Assembly: GCA_017557605.1 (NCBI GenBank)
Contig: JAFYYJ010000049.1
Location: 4,664 to 68,663 of the forward strand
DNA: 64,000 nt
Direction of reading: 5' to 3'
Origin: Salinivirgaceae bacterium
Lineage (GTDB): Bacteria > Bacteroidota > Bacteroidia > Bacteroidales > SZUA-534
The translations under genes were made by a program, and so were the position numbers. The notes below the pieces were generated by a model. The model saw only the letters and a program-made list of their open reading frames with translations. It ran no database searches and had not been told where the DNA came from. Below, in pieces: positions 47,771 to 56,704 of this stretch (position 1 is the first letter of the stretch; every line of letters starts with the position of its first letter).

Positions 47771-50700
47771 TTATTCTTGTTCTTGTATTTCAGCCTCGTC
47801 TTGTTCCTGATTATCGTTATCCGACTCTGTATCAGGTTGCTCTGTATTCTGTTCCTGCGGTTCCTCTGCTTGAGGCTCTACTACTTCAGGTTCGCTCTCG
47901 GCATTTGTTGATTCGGTTTCATCAGCCGACTGACTTTCAGTTTCTGTCTGTGTGCCAACATCCTCGGTTGTTTCGGTCTCCTGCTGATTTTCGTTTTCAG
48001 TCGGCACAACCTGCTCAGTTTCGGTCTTTTGCGGCTCTACCACTTGCATCGATTCGGTTTTTGGAGCCTCCTCAACAGCTGGTTCGGAGGCTGGTTCCGG
48101 CTGAGCTTCTTCTTCGTCATCATCCTCCGACTCCATTTCCGAATTGTTCTCATTGAACTTAATCACAACCTCCTGCGTCGAATTGTCCTCAACAAACTTC
48201 TCGTTCTCCTCGTCGGTAATGAGTTTCAGTTTGGCGTTGCCTTCGTCAACAATTCCGTCGGAAGTGTCGCCGTAGTTTTCAATCACACTCTGCAAGTTGG
48301 CTTTGGCCTGGAAACGGTCGCCGCGCTCCATGCAGATGTCCGACAACAGGAAGAACGCTTTTGCAATCCAATAGAAATGCGATGTTCCCGACGAAATGAG
48401 TGCGTTGACAGCCTCCTCTGACTTTTGCAACTCGCCCTGCTCAAACAGCATTCGGGCAACCATATACTGCGACTCCGCTCCTTCCTTGCTTGTCATGTCG
48501 AGCGCCAGAATGCGGAACTGCGTTATTGCCGGGTCGGATTGGTGTGTTTGATAGTAGCTAACGGCCATTACATAACGCGCACGGCGAATCTGCTCCTCGG
48601 TTATCTTATCGGTTATCAGTACTTTACGTGCCGCCTCTATTGCCGCGTTGAAATTGCTGTCGGCAAAGGCGTTTTGCATCTGGCCTTCACGCGCAATCAT
48701 AAGGTTCGATTTCACTTCAGCGTTGTCTTCCAACTTCTTATAAAGCTCTACAGCCTGTTTGTAGTCCTTTGCACCCTCGGCAAGCGATGCGGCACTCAGC
48801 AACGACGCTTCAGTAAACATATTCTTCGGACGTGCTGCTATAGCCTCGAAATCCTCGCGGGCTTTGTCGTTGTTGCGCATCTTCAAGTTGCAATCACCGC
48901 GATAATAGGTGGCGTTGAGTGAGAATTTGCCTTCGGGAAATTTGTCGAGATAGCTGTCGAACAAACCGCCGGCCTCTCGCCAATTGCCTGTCATATAAAC
49001 CTTTTCGGCTGAAGCATATGTAAGAGAATCGCGTTCCGACATATCGACATCGGTCAGGTTGCCGCGGCTATTAGCATAGTCGAAATAGTCGTCAACCTTG
49101 TTCATATCGACATAGACATTCTTCAAGGCGAAAAGCGCCTCGTCGGCCTCAGATGTGCCCGGATACTTCTCAATTACACTCTTGAAATTGTCGATAGCCA
49201 GATAGTTCTGACCGTCGGCATAATACAGCAAGCCTGTCTGCAACATCGACTTAACAACATAGGAGCTGTTTGGGTAGTTCTTGACAAGCGTATGGAAATC
49301 GTTGATTGCCAGCTGTGTAGAATCAATAATGGTGTAGGCGCGCGCACGCTCGAAAAGCGCGTCGGCGGCATAGTTCGATTTCGGGTAACGGCGAAGCAAA
49401 TCGCTCATTGTCTTTATCTTGCCGGTCAAATCCTTTCCAAGTCCCATTGCAAAACCTTTCTGGAACAATGCGTATTCAACATCGAATGCGTTAAGGTCGG
49501 CAGCCATGCCATAGAACAACGATGCGTCGCTGAACTTCGACGTCACAAAGTAACAATCACCTATGCGGATGTAGCTGTCAGCCAGCTTGGCAGTGTCGGC
49601 ATCGCTGGTTTTCTCGGTGTATTTGCGATACCAGTCGGCTGCCTTTGTGTAGTCTTTATTTTTGAAATGGCAGTAGCCGATGTTGTAATAGCAAGTCTTA
49701 TACTCAGGCATGGTGTAGGCTCCGGGCGTTGTCAAAAGCTGGTTGTAGGCTTCGGCAGCATCGGTGTATTTCTCAAGCCGATATAGCGCCTCACCTTTCC
49801 AGTATTGTGCCAAAGCTCTGATTTCCTTGTCATAAGCCTTAAGTTCGATAACTTTATCGAACGCCACAACCGACTCCTCAAATTTCAGGTTATTGTAGAG
49901 CTCCAAGCCACGGAAATAGGCCACACGCTGCCACGCAGACTGCATCTCAGCGGTCTTATTCTTGATTTTGGCAATCGACTCAAGCGCCGCCTGATAGTTC
50001 TTCGACGACAGATAAGCCTTCACCAAATACTCATACGCCTCGTCGCGATGAACCGAGTTGGGATATTGCTCCAGATATTGATTAAAAGCCTTAATTGTCT
50101 CATTGAAAGGTGAATACGAAAGCTCATACGACAATTTCGCGTAGTTGAGCAGAGACTGTTCTTTTATCCGCTCATTGAAATCGTACTTCGATGCTGCGGC
50201 AAAAGCCATGCGCGCCTGCTCCTTCTGCTGAAGCTGCATATTTGAGTAGGCGATATGGAAATAGGCGTTCTGAGTCAGTTCGTCGTTAATGTTTGTGACA
50301 TTCGACATTGTGGTTGTCGCCTGCTGATAGTTGCCTGTCTTATAATATGCGTATCCAAGCTGATAGATGTCCTCGCGAGTATAGTTGTCGGCCTTGCTCT
50401 TGTAAATCTCCAGATAGGGAACTGCCTCGGTGTACATCTCCTTGTTGTAGAGAGCCTCTCCCACTATGCGCGACATCTCAGCCTGGCGCTTGGCATCGGT
50501 TTGGTCGAACATCGCCTTTCCAAGCTCAATAACCTTGTCGTCCTTTCCTTGGATAAAGTAAATCTGCAGTCTGTAGTAAGGCACCACCGGCGCAAATGTC
50601 GGGTCTGACTCAATCTTTTGCAGATTGTTGAGTGCCGTCTCGTAATTCTTGTTGGTGTAGGCTATGTGAGCATAAAAATAGATAGCAGGATTGGCGTATT

Positions 50701-51226
50701 TGCTTTTTCCGTCGATAAGTTCGTAGAACATCTTCGACGCACGGTCGTACTGTTTCAGCTTGAAATAGCTGTAACCCTTCTTGAAATAAAGTTCGGCAAG
50801 CTGCTCCTTGTTCAGATTCTGCTTCCACACACGGTCGAAATAGTCGAGCGCCTCTTTATAATGATTGGCCCGATACTGATAGCGGCCCATTTCAAAATAG
50901 GCTGTGCGTGTGCGCGGACTTTCGGGATAGTCGTTGATGAACTTGCCTATACGATATTCGGCATCGCTGTTGAAGAGCTCGAGTGCGCACAATGCCGCAT
51001 AATACTCCGCATCGGCTTTGATGTCAGAAAACTCGTTACCATAATGCGCCACAACGCGCTCAAAGAACTGCTGTGCCTGCGAATAGTGCTGCTTGTTGAA
51101 CAAATCGACCCCTATTCGATAGTCGTAATCCTCATCAAGATAGATTTGTGTCTTTTGGGCGGAAACGCCAAGTGCCGTCAACAGAAATACGGCAATTAAG
51201 ACATTGGTTAATATCGTTTTACGCAT
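47771..51226 (-). CDS. giant secreted TPR-repeat protein with an acidic Glu/Thr/Gln-rich C-terminal tail
   Basis: 1151 aa with a signal peptide and about 1000 aa of TPR-like repeats. The last ~150 aa are low complexity (..TETEQVVPTENENQQETETTEDVGTQTETESQ..). Confidence 0.85.
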   Translation of the reverse strand: MRKTILTNVLIAVFLLTALGVSAQKTQIYLDEDYDYRIGVDLFNKQHYSQAQQFFERVVAHYGNEFSDIKADAEYYAALCALELFNSDAEYRIGKFINDYPESPRTRTAYFEMGRYQYRANHYKEALDYFDRVWKQNLNKEQLAELYFKKGYSYFKLKQYDRASKMFYELIDGKSKYANPAIYFYAHIAYTNKNYETALNNLQKIESDPTFAPVVPYYRLQIYFIQGKDDKVIELGKAMFDQTDAKRQAEMSRIVGEALYNKEMYTEAVPYLEIYKSKADNYTREDIYQLGYAYYKTGNYQQATTTMSNVTNINDELTQNAYFHIAYSNMQLQQKEQARMAFAAASKYDFNERIKEQSLLNYAKLSYELSYSPFNETIKAFNQYLEQYPNSVHRDEAYEYLVKAYLSSKNYQAALESIAKIKNKTAEMQSAWQRVAYFRGLELYNNLKFEESVVAFDKVIELKAYDKEIRALAQYWKGEALYRLEKYTDAAEAYNQLLTTPGAYTMPEYKTCYYNIGYCHFKNKDYTKAADWYRKYTEKTSDADTAKLADSYIRIGDCYFVTSKFSDASLFYGMAADLNAFDVEYALFQKGFAMGLGKDLTGKIKTMSDLLRRYPKSNYAADALFERARAYTIIDSTQLAINDFHTLVKNYPNSSYVVKSMLQTGLLYYADGQNYLAIDNFKSVIEKYPGTSEADEALFALKNVYVDMNKVDDYFDYANSRGNLTDVDMSERDSLTYASAEKVYMTGNWREAGGLFDSYLDKFPEGKFSLNATYYRGDCNLKMRNNDKAREDFEAIAARPKNMFTEASLLSAASLAEGAKDYKQAVELYKKLEDNAEVKSNLMIAREGQMQNAFADSNFNAAIEAARKVLITDKITEEQIRRARYVMAVSYYQTHQSDPAITQFRILALDMTSKEGAESQYMVARMLFEQGELQKSEEAVNALISSGTSHFYWIAKAFFLLSDICMERGDRFQAKANLQSVIENYGDTSDGIVDEGNAKLKLITDEENEKFVEDNSTQEVVIKFNENNSEMESEDDDEEEAQPEPASEPAVEEAPKTESMQVVEPQKTETEQVVPTENENQQETETTEDVGTQTETESQSADETESTNAESEPEVVEPQAEEPQEQNTEQPDTESDNDNQEQDEAEIQEQE

Positions 51227-51360
51227 AAAAAATGAAGCTAATAAACCGAAATCAAAATAAATGCATTTGAGAGCCTATAATCGGCCTCTGCAAGGTTTTA
51301 ATTAACAATTGAATGTTTATTAAATGAGCGGTTTATCACAAATGCGACACCTCTAAATCT

Positions 51361-51368
51361 TACTTTTG
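51361..51368 (+). promoter_or_regulatory. candidate -7 promoter element (TAnnTTTG)
   Basis: TACTTTTG lies 26 nt upstream of the ATG at 51394. Confidence 0.35.
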
Positions 51369-51393
51369 AAACGTTGAAAAAATTTTGCGAAGT

Positions 51394-52104
51394 ATGGAAA
51401 TGGATACCAAAATAGAATTGCTGAACGCCACAATAGCTCAGCCCGACAACATAATAATGTCGAACATCAACCTTGAGATTAAAAGCGGCGAGCTTGTCTA
51501 TTTGATTGGACGAACCGGCAGCGGCAAGAGCAGCCTGCTCAAAACGCTTTATGCCGAGCTGCCGCTGGCCAAAGGCACTGGCACCGTGGCAGGATTCCAA
51601 CTTGAGAAAATCAAAAACAAACAGATACCATTTCTACGGCGCAAGTTAGGCATTGTGTTTCAGGATTTTCAACTGCTGACAGACCGCAATGTGAACGAGA
51701 ATCTGAAATTTGTGCTGAAAGCCACAGGCTGGAAAAACAAAATAGAGATTGACCGCCGCATTCAGGAAGTGCTTGAAAAAGTGGGTCTTGCACAAAAGGG
51801 CTACAAAATGCCGAATGAACTTTCCGGCGGCGAGCAACAGCGTGTGGTTATCGCCAGGGCTCTGCTCAACAATCCTGAGATTATCCTTGCCGACGAGCCT
51901 ACCGGCAACCTCGACCCTGACACATCGCGCGGCATCATGCAGATTCTGACAAAAATCAGCGCCACCGGCCGCGCCGTTGTAATAGCCACTCACGACTATC
52001 CGCTTATCAAGGAGTTTCCGGGCCGCGTAATCAAATGCGACAACAACGAACTTGTAGAGATGCAACAGTCTGACAATGAGCCGATAATACTGCTCGATGA
52101 TTGA
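51394..52104 (+). CDS. ftsE: FtsE-like ABC transporter ATP-binding protein
   Basis: It has Walker A (GRTGSGKSS), the signature LSGGEQQRV and Walker B ([11 protein letters not shown]). No permease gene is adjacent. ATG 51394 is preferred over the TTG at 51385. Confidence 0.8.
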   Translation: MEMDTKIELLNATIAQPDNIIMSNINLEIKSGELVYLIGRTGSGKSSLLKTLYAELPLAKGTGTVAGFQLEKIKNKQIPFLRRKLGIVFQDFQLLTDRNVNENLKFVLKATGWKNKIEIDRRIQEVLEKVGLAQKGYKMPNELSGGEQQRVVIARALLNNPEIILADEPTGNLDPDTSRGIMQILTKISATGRAVVIATHDYPLIKEFPGRVIKCDNNELVEMQQSDNEPIILLDD

Positions 52105-52157
52105 TTCTTGCAACCTGATAGCTTTGATAAACTGATTAGCACAGATATTTACAAAAC

Positions 52158-52194
52158 AAAAAATCCACGGTAACGATGTTACCGTGGATTTTTT
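52158..52194. terminator. bidirectional rho-independent terminator
   Basis: Perfect 17-bp hairpin aaaaaatccacggtaac-gat-gttaccgtggatttttt between convergent genes. Confidence 0.7.
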
Positions 52195-52222
52195 GTTTGT
52201 GCTGCTATGGCAGAAACACCTA

Positions 52223-53038
52223 TTAGCGAACAACTTGTGTGAATTCCGGTTTTTCGTTTTCTTTTGCCAGAACGTAAATCTGCGACTTCATACCGCCCTG
52301 ACCTTCAACAGTGAAGAGGTATTCGGTACCGCCTTTTATCAGGCGTGAACCAACAGTTACAGGGCTGCCAAGAGGCATTTGGTAATCGCTGCAAGCCTGA
52401 TTGAAGATTTCCTTCTCGCTGTCAGAAACTTCTTTCTGCTCAGAGAAATCAGGCAACTGCTCAACCTCACCTTCCTTGAAACCAAGTTTAATAAGGAATT
52501 GCTCAACTTCGGCCGGTGCTGCGGCAACACGTGCCTGACGAACACCATAGCCGTCGAGAATCTGCGCGTTTTGTGCGCTGTTCTGCAAAGCTGCAACACT
52601 GGTGTTAAGTCCGCCGCTGCCGAATGTGCAGAACGGAACAAGTTTCTTTCCTGCGAAATCAGTGTTTTTCAGGAAAGTAGCCACAGGAATAGCGTATGTG
52701 CCGCCCCAAATTGGGTAACCCAAAAAGATTACGTCATAATCCTTTATGTCCTTTGCAAGCGGTTTGATTTCAGGCAGAGTGCCTTCCTGCTGTTCTTTCT
52801 GCCAGCGTTGTATGGTCTGGCCAAAATCGCCAGAATACGGTTCAACACACTCAATTTCAGCAATGTCACAATTCAGTTGTTTTTGAATCTCTTGAGCCAC
52901 TGTGCGAGTGGTGTTGCTCTGCGAGTAGAATACAACCAATGTTTTTGGTTTTGCAGCTTCGGCCTTCTTTGCTGATGAAGAGCACGAAACTAATGCTGCC
53001 AACGTTGTTGCCACAATAAGCAAATTTTTGATTTTCAT
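52223..53038 (-). CDS. flavodoxin-fold lipoprotein with an extra C-terminal domain
   Basis: 271 aa with a lipobox (LAALVSCSS). It has flavodoxin-like segments (TLVVFYSQSNTTRTVA, YDVIFLGYPIWGGT) and a ~90-aa C-terminal domain that I do not recognise. Confidence 0.7.
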   Translation of the reverse strand: MKIKNLLIVATTLAALVSCSSSAKKAEAAKPKTLVVFYSQSNTTRTVAQEIQKQLNCDIAEIECVEPYSGDFGQTIQRWQKEQQEGTLPEIKPLAKDIKDYDVIFLGYPIWGGTYAIPVATFLKNTDFAGKKLVPFCTFGSGGLNTSVAALQNSAQNAQILDGYGVRQARVAAAPAEVEQFLIKLGFKEGEVEQLPDFSEQKEVSDSEKEIFNQACSDYQMPLGSPVTVGSRLIKGGTEYLFTVEGQGGMKSQIYVLAKENEKPEFTQVVR

Positions 53039-53064
53039 ACAAATAGTTTTTTAGTTTAAATCAT

Positions 53065-53757
53065 TTATTTCAGATAATAGTCGATAGTGGTAACCACTCT
53101 GACTTTCTTTATATGCGGTGTTGTATATTCCTCATTGATAGAGAATTGTCCTTGCGAAGCGAACTTAATGCTGCCCAAATCGCAACCAGCGTCCTGTGCG
53201 AATTTTTCAGCCACCTGACGGGCATTGCGCGTTGCCTCCTCAATCATCTCGGGTTTGAGAGAATTAAGGTTAGTGTACTGATATTCTGTCTGATTCTCAT
53301 ATGAATTTCCGCCAATGGCCACGCCCTTTTTCAGCAACTCCTGCTGCATTTTCATAATCGACATAACCTTTGGCACATCTGACGAAATGACGGTTATGGT
53401 GCAACTCGTCTGATAGCGCTCGCGCACGTTGTCCTGCGCCCAAGTCTGTGCCAGACGGTCAAGTACCGACGGAGCCGAAATGGTAATCTCATCGTCTTTT
53501 ATCCCATTCTGTTTCAAAAAGTTGACTATGGTGCGCTGTTTGGTTTCAATCAGGTCGTAGAGTTGGTGCATATCGTTGCCCACCTCGTTGAACGACAGAG
53601 GCCAAACAACTCTGTCTGCCAGGACCTCACGCTCCGCCAAACCTTTCACCGATACAAATCGGTCTTTATGCGCGTAATTGTCTATTCCGCAATAAATTAG
53701 GAAGCTGCCCAACACTATGCTGGCACCTAACACTAATGAATTAATATGCTCTTTCAT
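53065..53757 (-). CDS. SIMPL-domain (DUF541) protein
   Basis: 230 aa with an N-terminal TM/signal anchor. The sequence pattern is typical of SIMPL/BP26-like proteins (..VSVKGLAEREV.AD...W......). This is a family-level guess. Confidence 0.65.
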   Translation of the reverse strand: MKEHINSLVLGASIVLGSFLIYCGIDNYAHKDRFVSVKGLAEREVLADRVVWPLSFNEVGNDMHQLYDLIETKQRTIVNFLKQNGIKDDEITISAPSVLDRLAQTWAQDNVRERYQTSCTITVISSDVPKVMSIMKMQQELLKKGVAIGGNSYENQTEYQYTNLNSLKPEMIEEATRNARQVAEKFAQDAGCDLGSIKFASQGQFSINEEYTTPHIKKVRVVTTIDYYLK

Positions 53758-53841
53758 TTATTTTAAAATTTGAATGTTTCGCAAATATACACAGAATTCA
53801 GAATTGTGTTTTGTGTTTGCGTTTAAGTTTACGTTCGACTC

Positions 53842-54558
53842 TCACCCTCTCCGCTGATTCTTCACAAAAACATCAAAGAAATCGTCTCTAAAGCTCTCAC
53901 CTATAGCAATTTCGTACTGGCCAATGAATATATCGTTGTTGTCGAAGGCATCGATATGGGTGGTGTTGACAATGTACGATTTGCTGACACGCATAAACAT
54001 TGACTGCGGCAGCAAGGCCGATATGTTTTTCAGATTCATCCGGGTGATAATCTTCTGATTCTCAAGTTGAAGAACCACATAATCCTTCAGCCCTTCGACA
54101 AAGAGAATGTCGGCGAAGCAAACTTTACAGAACTTGCGGTCCGACTTGACGAAAAAGTAATCGTCGGCACCTGGCTCAATGTTCTGCTTGTCGCCCTGCG
54201 TAAGCAATTTGAAGTATGACACCGCCTTATCGACGGCCTTGTGAAAACGCTCTTTCTCAACGGGTTTCACAAGAAAATCGACGGCATCGACCTCATAACT
54301 ATCAATGGCATATTCGGAATAGGCCGTGGTGAAAATCACAAGCGTCTGCGGCGAAATGGTGTGCGCGAACTCAATGCCCGTGAGCCCTGGCATCTGAATG
54401 TCGAGAAAGGCCAAATCGACTTGCGTCTGCGACAGGAAACGCTGCGCTGCCAATGCGCTGCCAAACGTTCCCACAAGCGTCAGTTCGGGTTCCGACTCAA
54501 GAAGAATCTCAATCGCCTCGCGCGCAAGTGGCTCATCGTCAACTATTATGCAGTTCAT
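53842..54558 (-). CDS. LytR/AlgR-family response regulator (REC + LytTR DNA-binding domain)
   Basis: 238 aa with REC (MNCIIVDDEPLARE...DLAFLDIQMPGLTG) and LytTR (FFVKSDRKF.KV...ILFVEGLKDYV...SKSYIVN). Confidence 0.9.
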   Translation of the reverse strand: MNCIIVDDEPLAREAIEILLESEPELTLVGTFGSALAAQRFLSQTQVDLAFLDIQMPGLTGIEFAHTISPQTLVIFTTAYSEYAIDSYEVDAVDFLVKPVEKERFHKAVDKAVSYFKLLTQGDKQNIEPGADDYFFVKSDRKFCKVCFADILFVEGLKDYVVLQLENQKIITRMNLKNISALLPQSMFMRVSKSYIVNTTHIDAFDNNDIFIGQYEIAIGESFRDDFFDVFVKNQRRG

Positions 54559-54605
54559 TGTTGAAGGGTTAGGGGTGAGTGTTTAGTGGTGAGAAGTTTG
54601 TGGGT

Positions 54606-55007
54606 TTAACTGATATAAACCAATCCGTCTTCGCGATACAAATCCACTTTACTGTCCGACGAAACGAGCGTGTAATTGTCTGCAATAGAGAGCGATATCA
54701 GGAATCTGTCAAAAGGGTCTTTGTGCTTTTCTTTTTTAGGAAGCCTTTTGTACTGTTCGACAGCCGACACGGGCAATTGAATTATCTCAATATTTTGCTC
54801 GTTGCAAAACTGCACTAAATCAGATATTTCCAATCCTTGCAAATCTAATTTCCCGATTGAAAGTTTGATTGCGATTTCCCAAAGGGATACGGTGGAAACA
54901 AATACCTTGTTTTCAGGATTTTCCAATATACGAAGCACCCCTTTCGAGATTTCTTGCGGTGATATTGCAAGCCATATAAGAATGTGAGTGTCAATCAGAT
55001 ATTTCAT
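54606..55007 (-). CDS. vapC: PIN-domain toxin (VapC family)
   Basis: MKYLIDTHILIW...SLWEIAIKLSIGKL...HKDPFDRFLISLS carries the PIN acidic residues. Its ATG overlaps the antitoxin stop as ATGA (55007..55004). Confidence 0.85.
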   Translation of the reverse strand: MKYLIDTHILIWLAISPQEISKGVLRILENPENKVFVSTVSLWEIAIKLSIGKLDLQGLEISDLVQFCNEQNIEIIQLPVSAVEQYKRLPKKEKHKDPFDRFLISLSIADNYTLVSSDSKVDLYREDGLVYIS

Positions 55008-55216
55008 AAAATGCACATTTCTTCTTCGGTCATTTCCCAATTATCGGAAAAATGCGCTTTTGCGGTTTTTGAGAACTTTCCGAACACACGTTTCGTTGTT
55101 GGTTTGTTTTTAGGCGTCATATTGAGTTTATAAAGCGATAACGCCAAATCGTAAACCATTAACTGCTGCTGTTCAGTCAGTGTTTTATAGGTCTTTTCAA
55201 GAACATCGAAACTCAT
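55004..55216 (-). CDS. cognate antitoxin (DUF2281-like small protein)
   Basis: 70 aa, translationally coupled upstream of the PIN gene. It has a helical N-part and a C-terminal DNWEMTEEE-type tail. Confidence 0.6.
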   Translation of the reverse strand: MSFDVLEKTYKTLTEQQQLMVYDLALSLYKLNMTPKNKPTTKRVFGKFSKTAKAHFSDNWEMTEEEMCIL

Positions 55217-55242
55217 ACTCTTACCTATTTAAAATTGACTTA

Positions 55243-55250
55243 CAAATATA
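55243..55250 (-). promoter_or_regulatory. candidate -7 promoter element (TAnnTTTG) for the toxin-antitoxin pair
   Basis: The minus strand reads TATATTTG 27 nt upstream of the antitoxin ATG. Confidence 0.3.
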
Positions 55251-55347
55251 TAAAAAAGCGTTTGTCACAATTCCCTTACAACTAATTTTGAACTTACGCG
55301 CGACAATGCAATTGTCTAACATTAACTCTTCTCTTAAGTTTTCAGTT

Positions 55348-56688
55348 CTATTCTGGTGTTAACGGTGGAAAATTTCCCCCATCATCTCCTTCATAAATGG
55401 GTGGACATTCAACACAGTCGCCAAGACCTTCACTTTCCCATATCCACGCATTGGCGTACCAATGTGCCTCCATCGAACGCCACTTATTGATTGCCGCTTG
55501 AGCATTTGAACGGGTGGAAAAGCAACCGTCGCACAGGCGATAGACTGTCTTACCATTTGACGTGCATTTATATATCCAACACTCCATTCCATCGGGTAGC
55601 CATCCATTATGTATCCGAGCACTGTCCAATGTGCTGTGACTTTGCAAAACAACATAGTAAACCGTAGGAAGCCCGTTTATTTTGACAGGTGTGTTGCTCA
55701 ACTTGACATACTTGCTGTTGACATAGCCCTCAACATCGCCGATACGAACCTTCCACCACGCGCCCTGATTGCTTATCAGTTTTGCTCCATCAAGATTGGT
55801 TGCAAGCACGCCAACCACGTCAGAATCGGCATCGGGAAAGTACCTGATATTCACATAACCATCATCTGCTATCGAATATACAAGTTCTTCGCCAACGGAA
55901 ACCGCTTCCTTCTTTTTAGCCAAATTTGCATCGGTAACATCATCGCTCTCCTCAACAATCAGCCAATTCCCTTTTATCTTTTTGATAACTAAATATGAAG
56001 GATAGTTTTTTCTGTCCTCTTTGGGTGAAGTCTGCACCAACTTGTTGAAATGCACTTTTATACTACCATCAGAAGCGTTCGTCACTTCAAAATTTGAAAT
56101 CATTTGCAAGAAATTAGGTGTTTTGGTAAACAAGTCACGCTTCGATTTAACAATCATTTCGGGCGTATAGGTCTGTTGGTAGTATTTTACTTGGGGCGCG
56201 TAAATATTGATAAAGTCTTCGGCTTTTTTCGATGTGTGTACGTCATCCCATTTTTTTGCTAATTCTATGGCAATATCGTTTGTTGTAATGGTCTTAACGG
56301 ATTGTTCCGTTTTATTGTTGCTGTTTGTTACTGATTGTTCCGTTTTATTGCTGCTGTTTGTTCCCGATTCTTTCGTCACAAGCATAGTTACCAACCCGAC
56401 AACAACCACTAATGCAATTATGCACAGGGTAATCATCAAACCTTTTTTGACCTTTTTGTTTTGAATCTCTTTATTCATCGCGACAAAAAGGTCATAATAT
56501 GGGTCGTCTTTTATATTCCCTGTGTCAATTGAATTATTTTGTATACCCCCATTAGTTTGTGCATCGTCATTTGAATTATTATCGCTGACAATGTTTTCTT
56601 CAGGCAACCACTGCTTACAGAACTTACACTTTTTTGCTACTGCAAGAATCTCATTGCCGCAATATGGACATATCTTCGTTTCGCTCAT
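55348..56688 (-). CDS. zinc-ribbon / TM / NTF2-like / SH3b / SPOR-domain membrane protein (last gene of the candidate operon)
   Basis: 446 aa. It has the ribbon CPYCGNEILAVAKKCKFC and the TM segment LMITLCIIALVVVVGLVTMLV. An SH3b-like segment (YVNIRYFPDADSDVVGVL...WWKVRIGDVEGYVNSKYV) and a SPOR-like C-terminus (YYVVLQSH..LDSA......YRLCDGCFSTRSNAQAAINK) follow. Confidence 0.7.
   Translation of the reverse strand: MSETKICPYCGNEILAVAKKCKFCKQWLPEENIVSDNNSNDDAQTNGGIQNNSIDTGNIKDDPYYDLFVAMNKEIQNKKVKKGLMITLCIIALVVVVGLVTMLVTKESGTNSSNKTEQSVTNSNNKTEQSVKTITTNDIAIELAKKWDDVHTSKKAEDFINIYAPQVKYYQQTYTPEMIVKSKRDLFTKTPNFLQMISNFEVTNASDGSIKVHFNKLVQTSPKEDRKNYPSYLVIKKIKGNWLIVEESDDVTDANLAKKKEAVSVGEELVYSIADDGYVNIRYFPDADSDVVGVLATNLDGAKLISNQGAWWKVRIGDVEGYVNSKYVKLSNTPVKINGLPTVYYVVLQSHSTLDSARIHNGWLPDGMECWIYKCTSNGKTVYRLCDGCFSTRSNAQAAINKWRSMEAHWYANAWIWESEGLGDCVECPPIYEGDDGGNFPPLTPE
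56297..56362 (-). repeat. 33-nt in-frame tandem duplication (2 copies, 2 mismatches)
   Basis: The units are acggattgttccgttttattgttgctgtttgtt and actgattgttccgttttattgctgctgtttgtt. They encode (S/T)NSxNKTEQSV twice in the extracytoplasmic linker. Confidence 0.85.
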
Positions 56689-56704
56689 AACACTCTTTTA
56701 TTCA

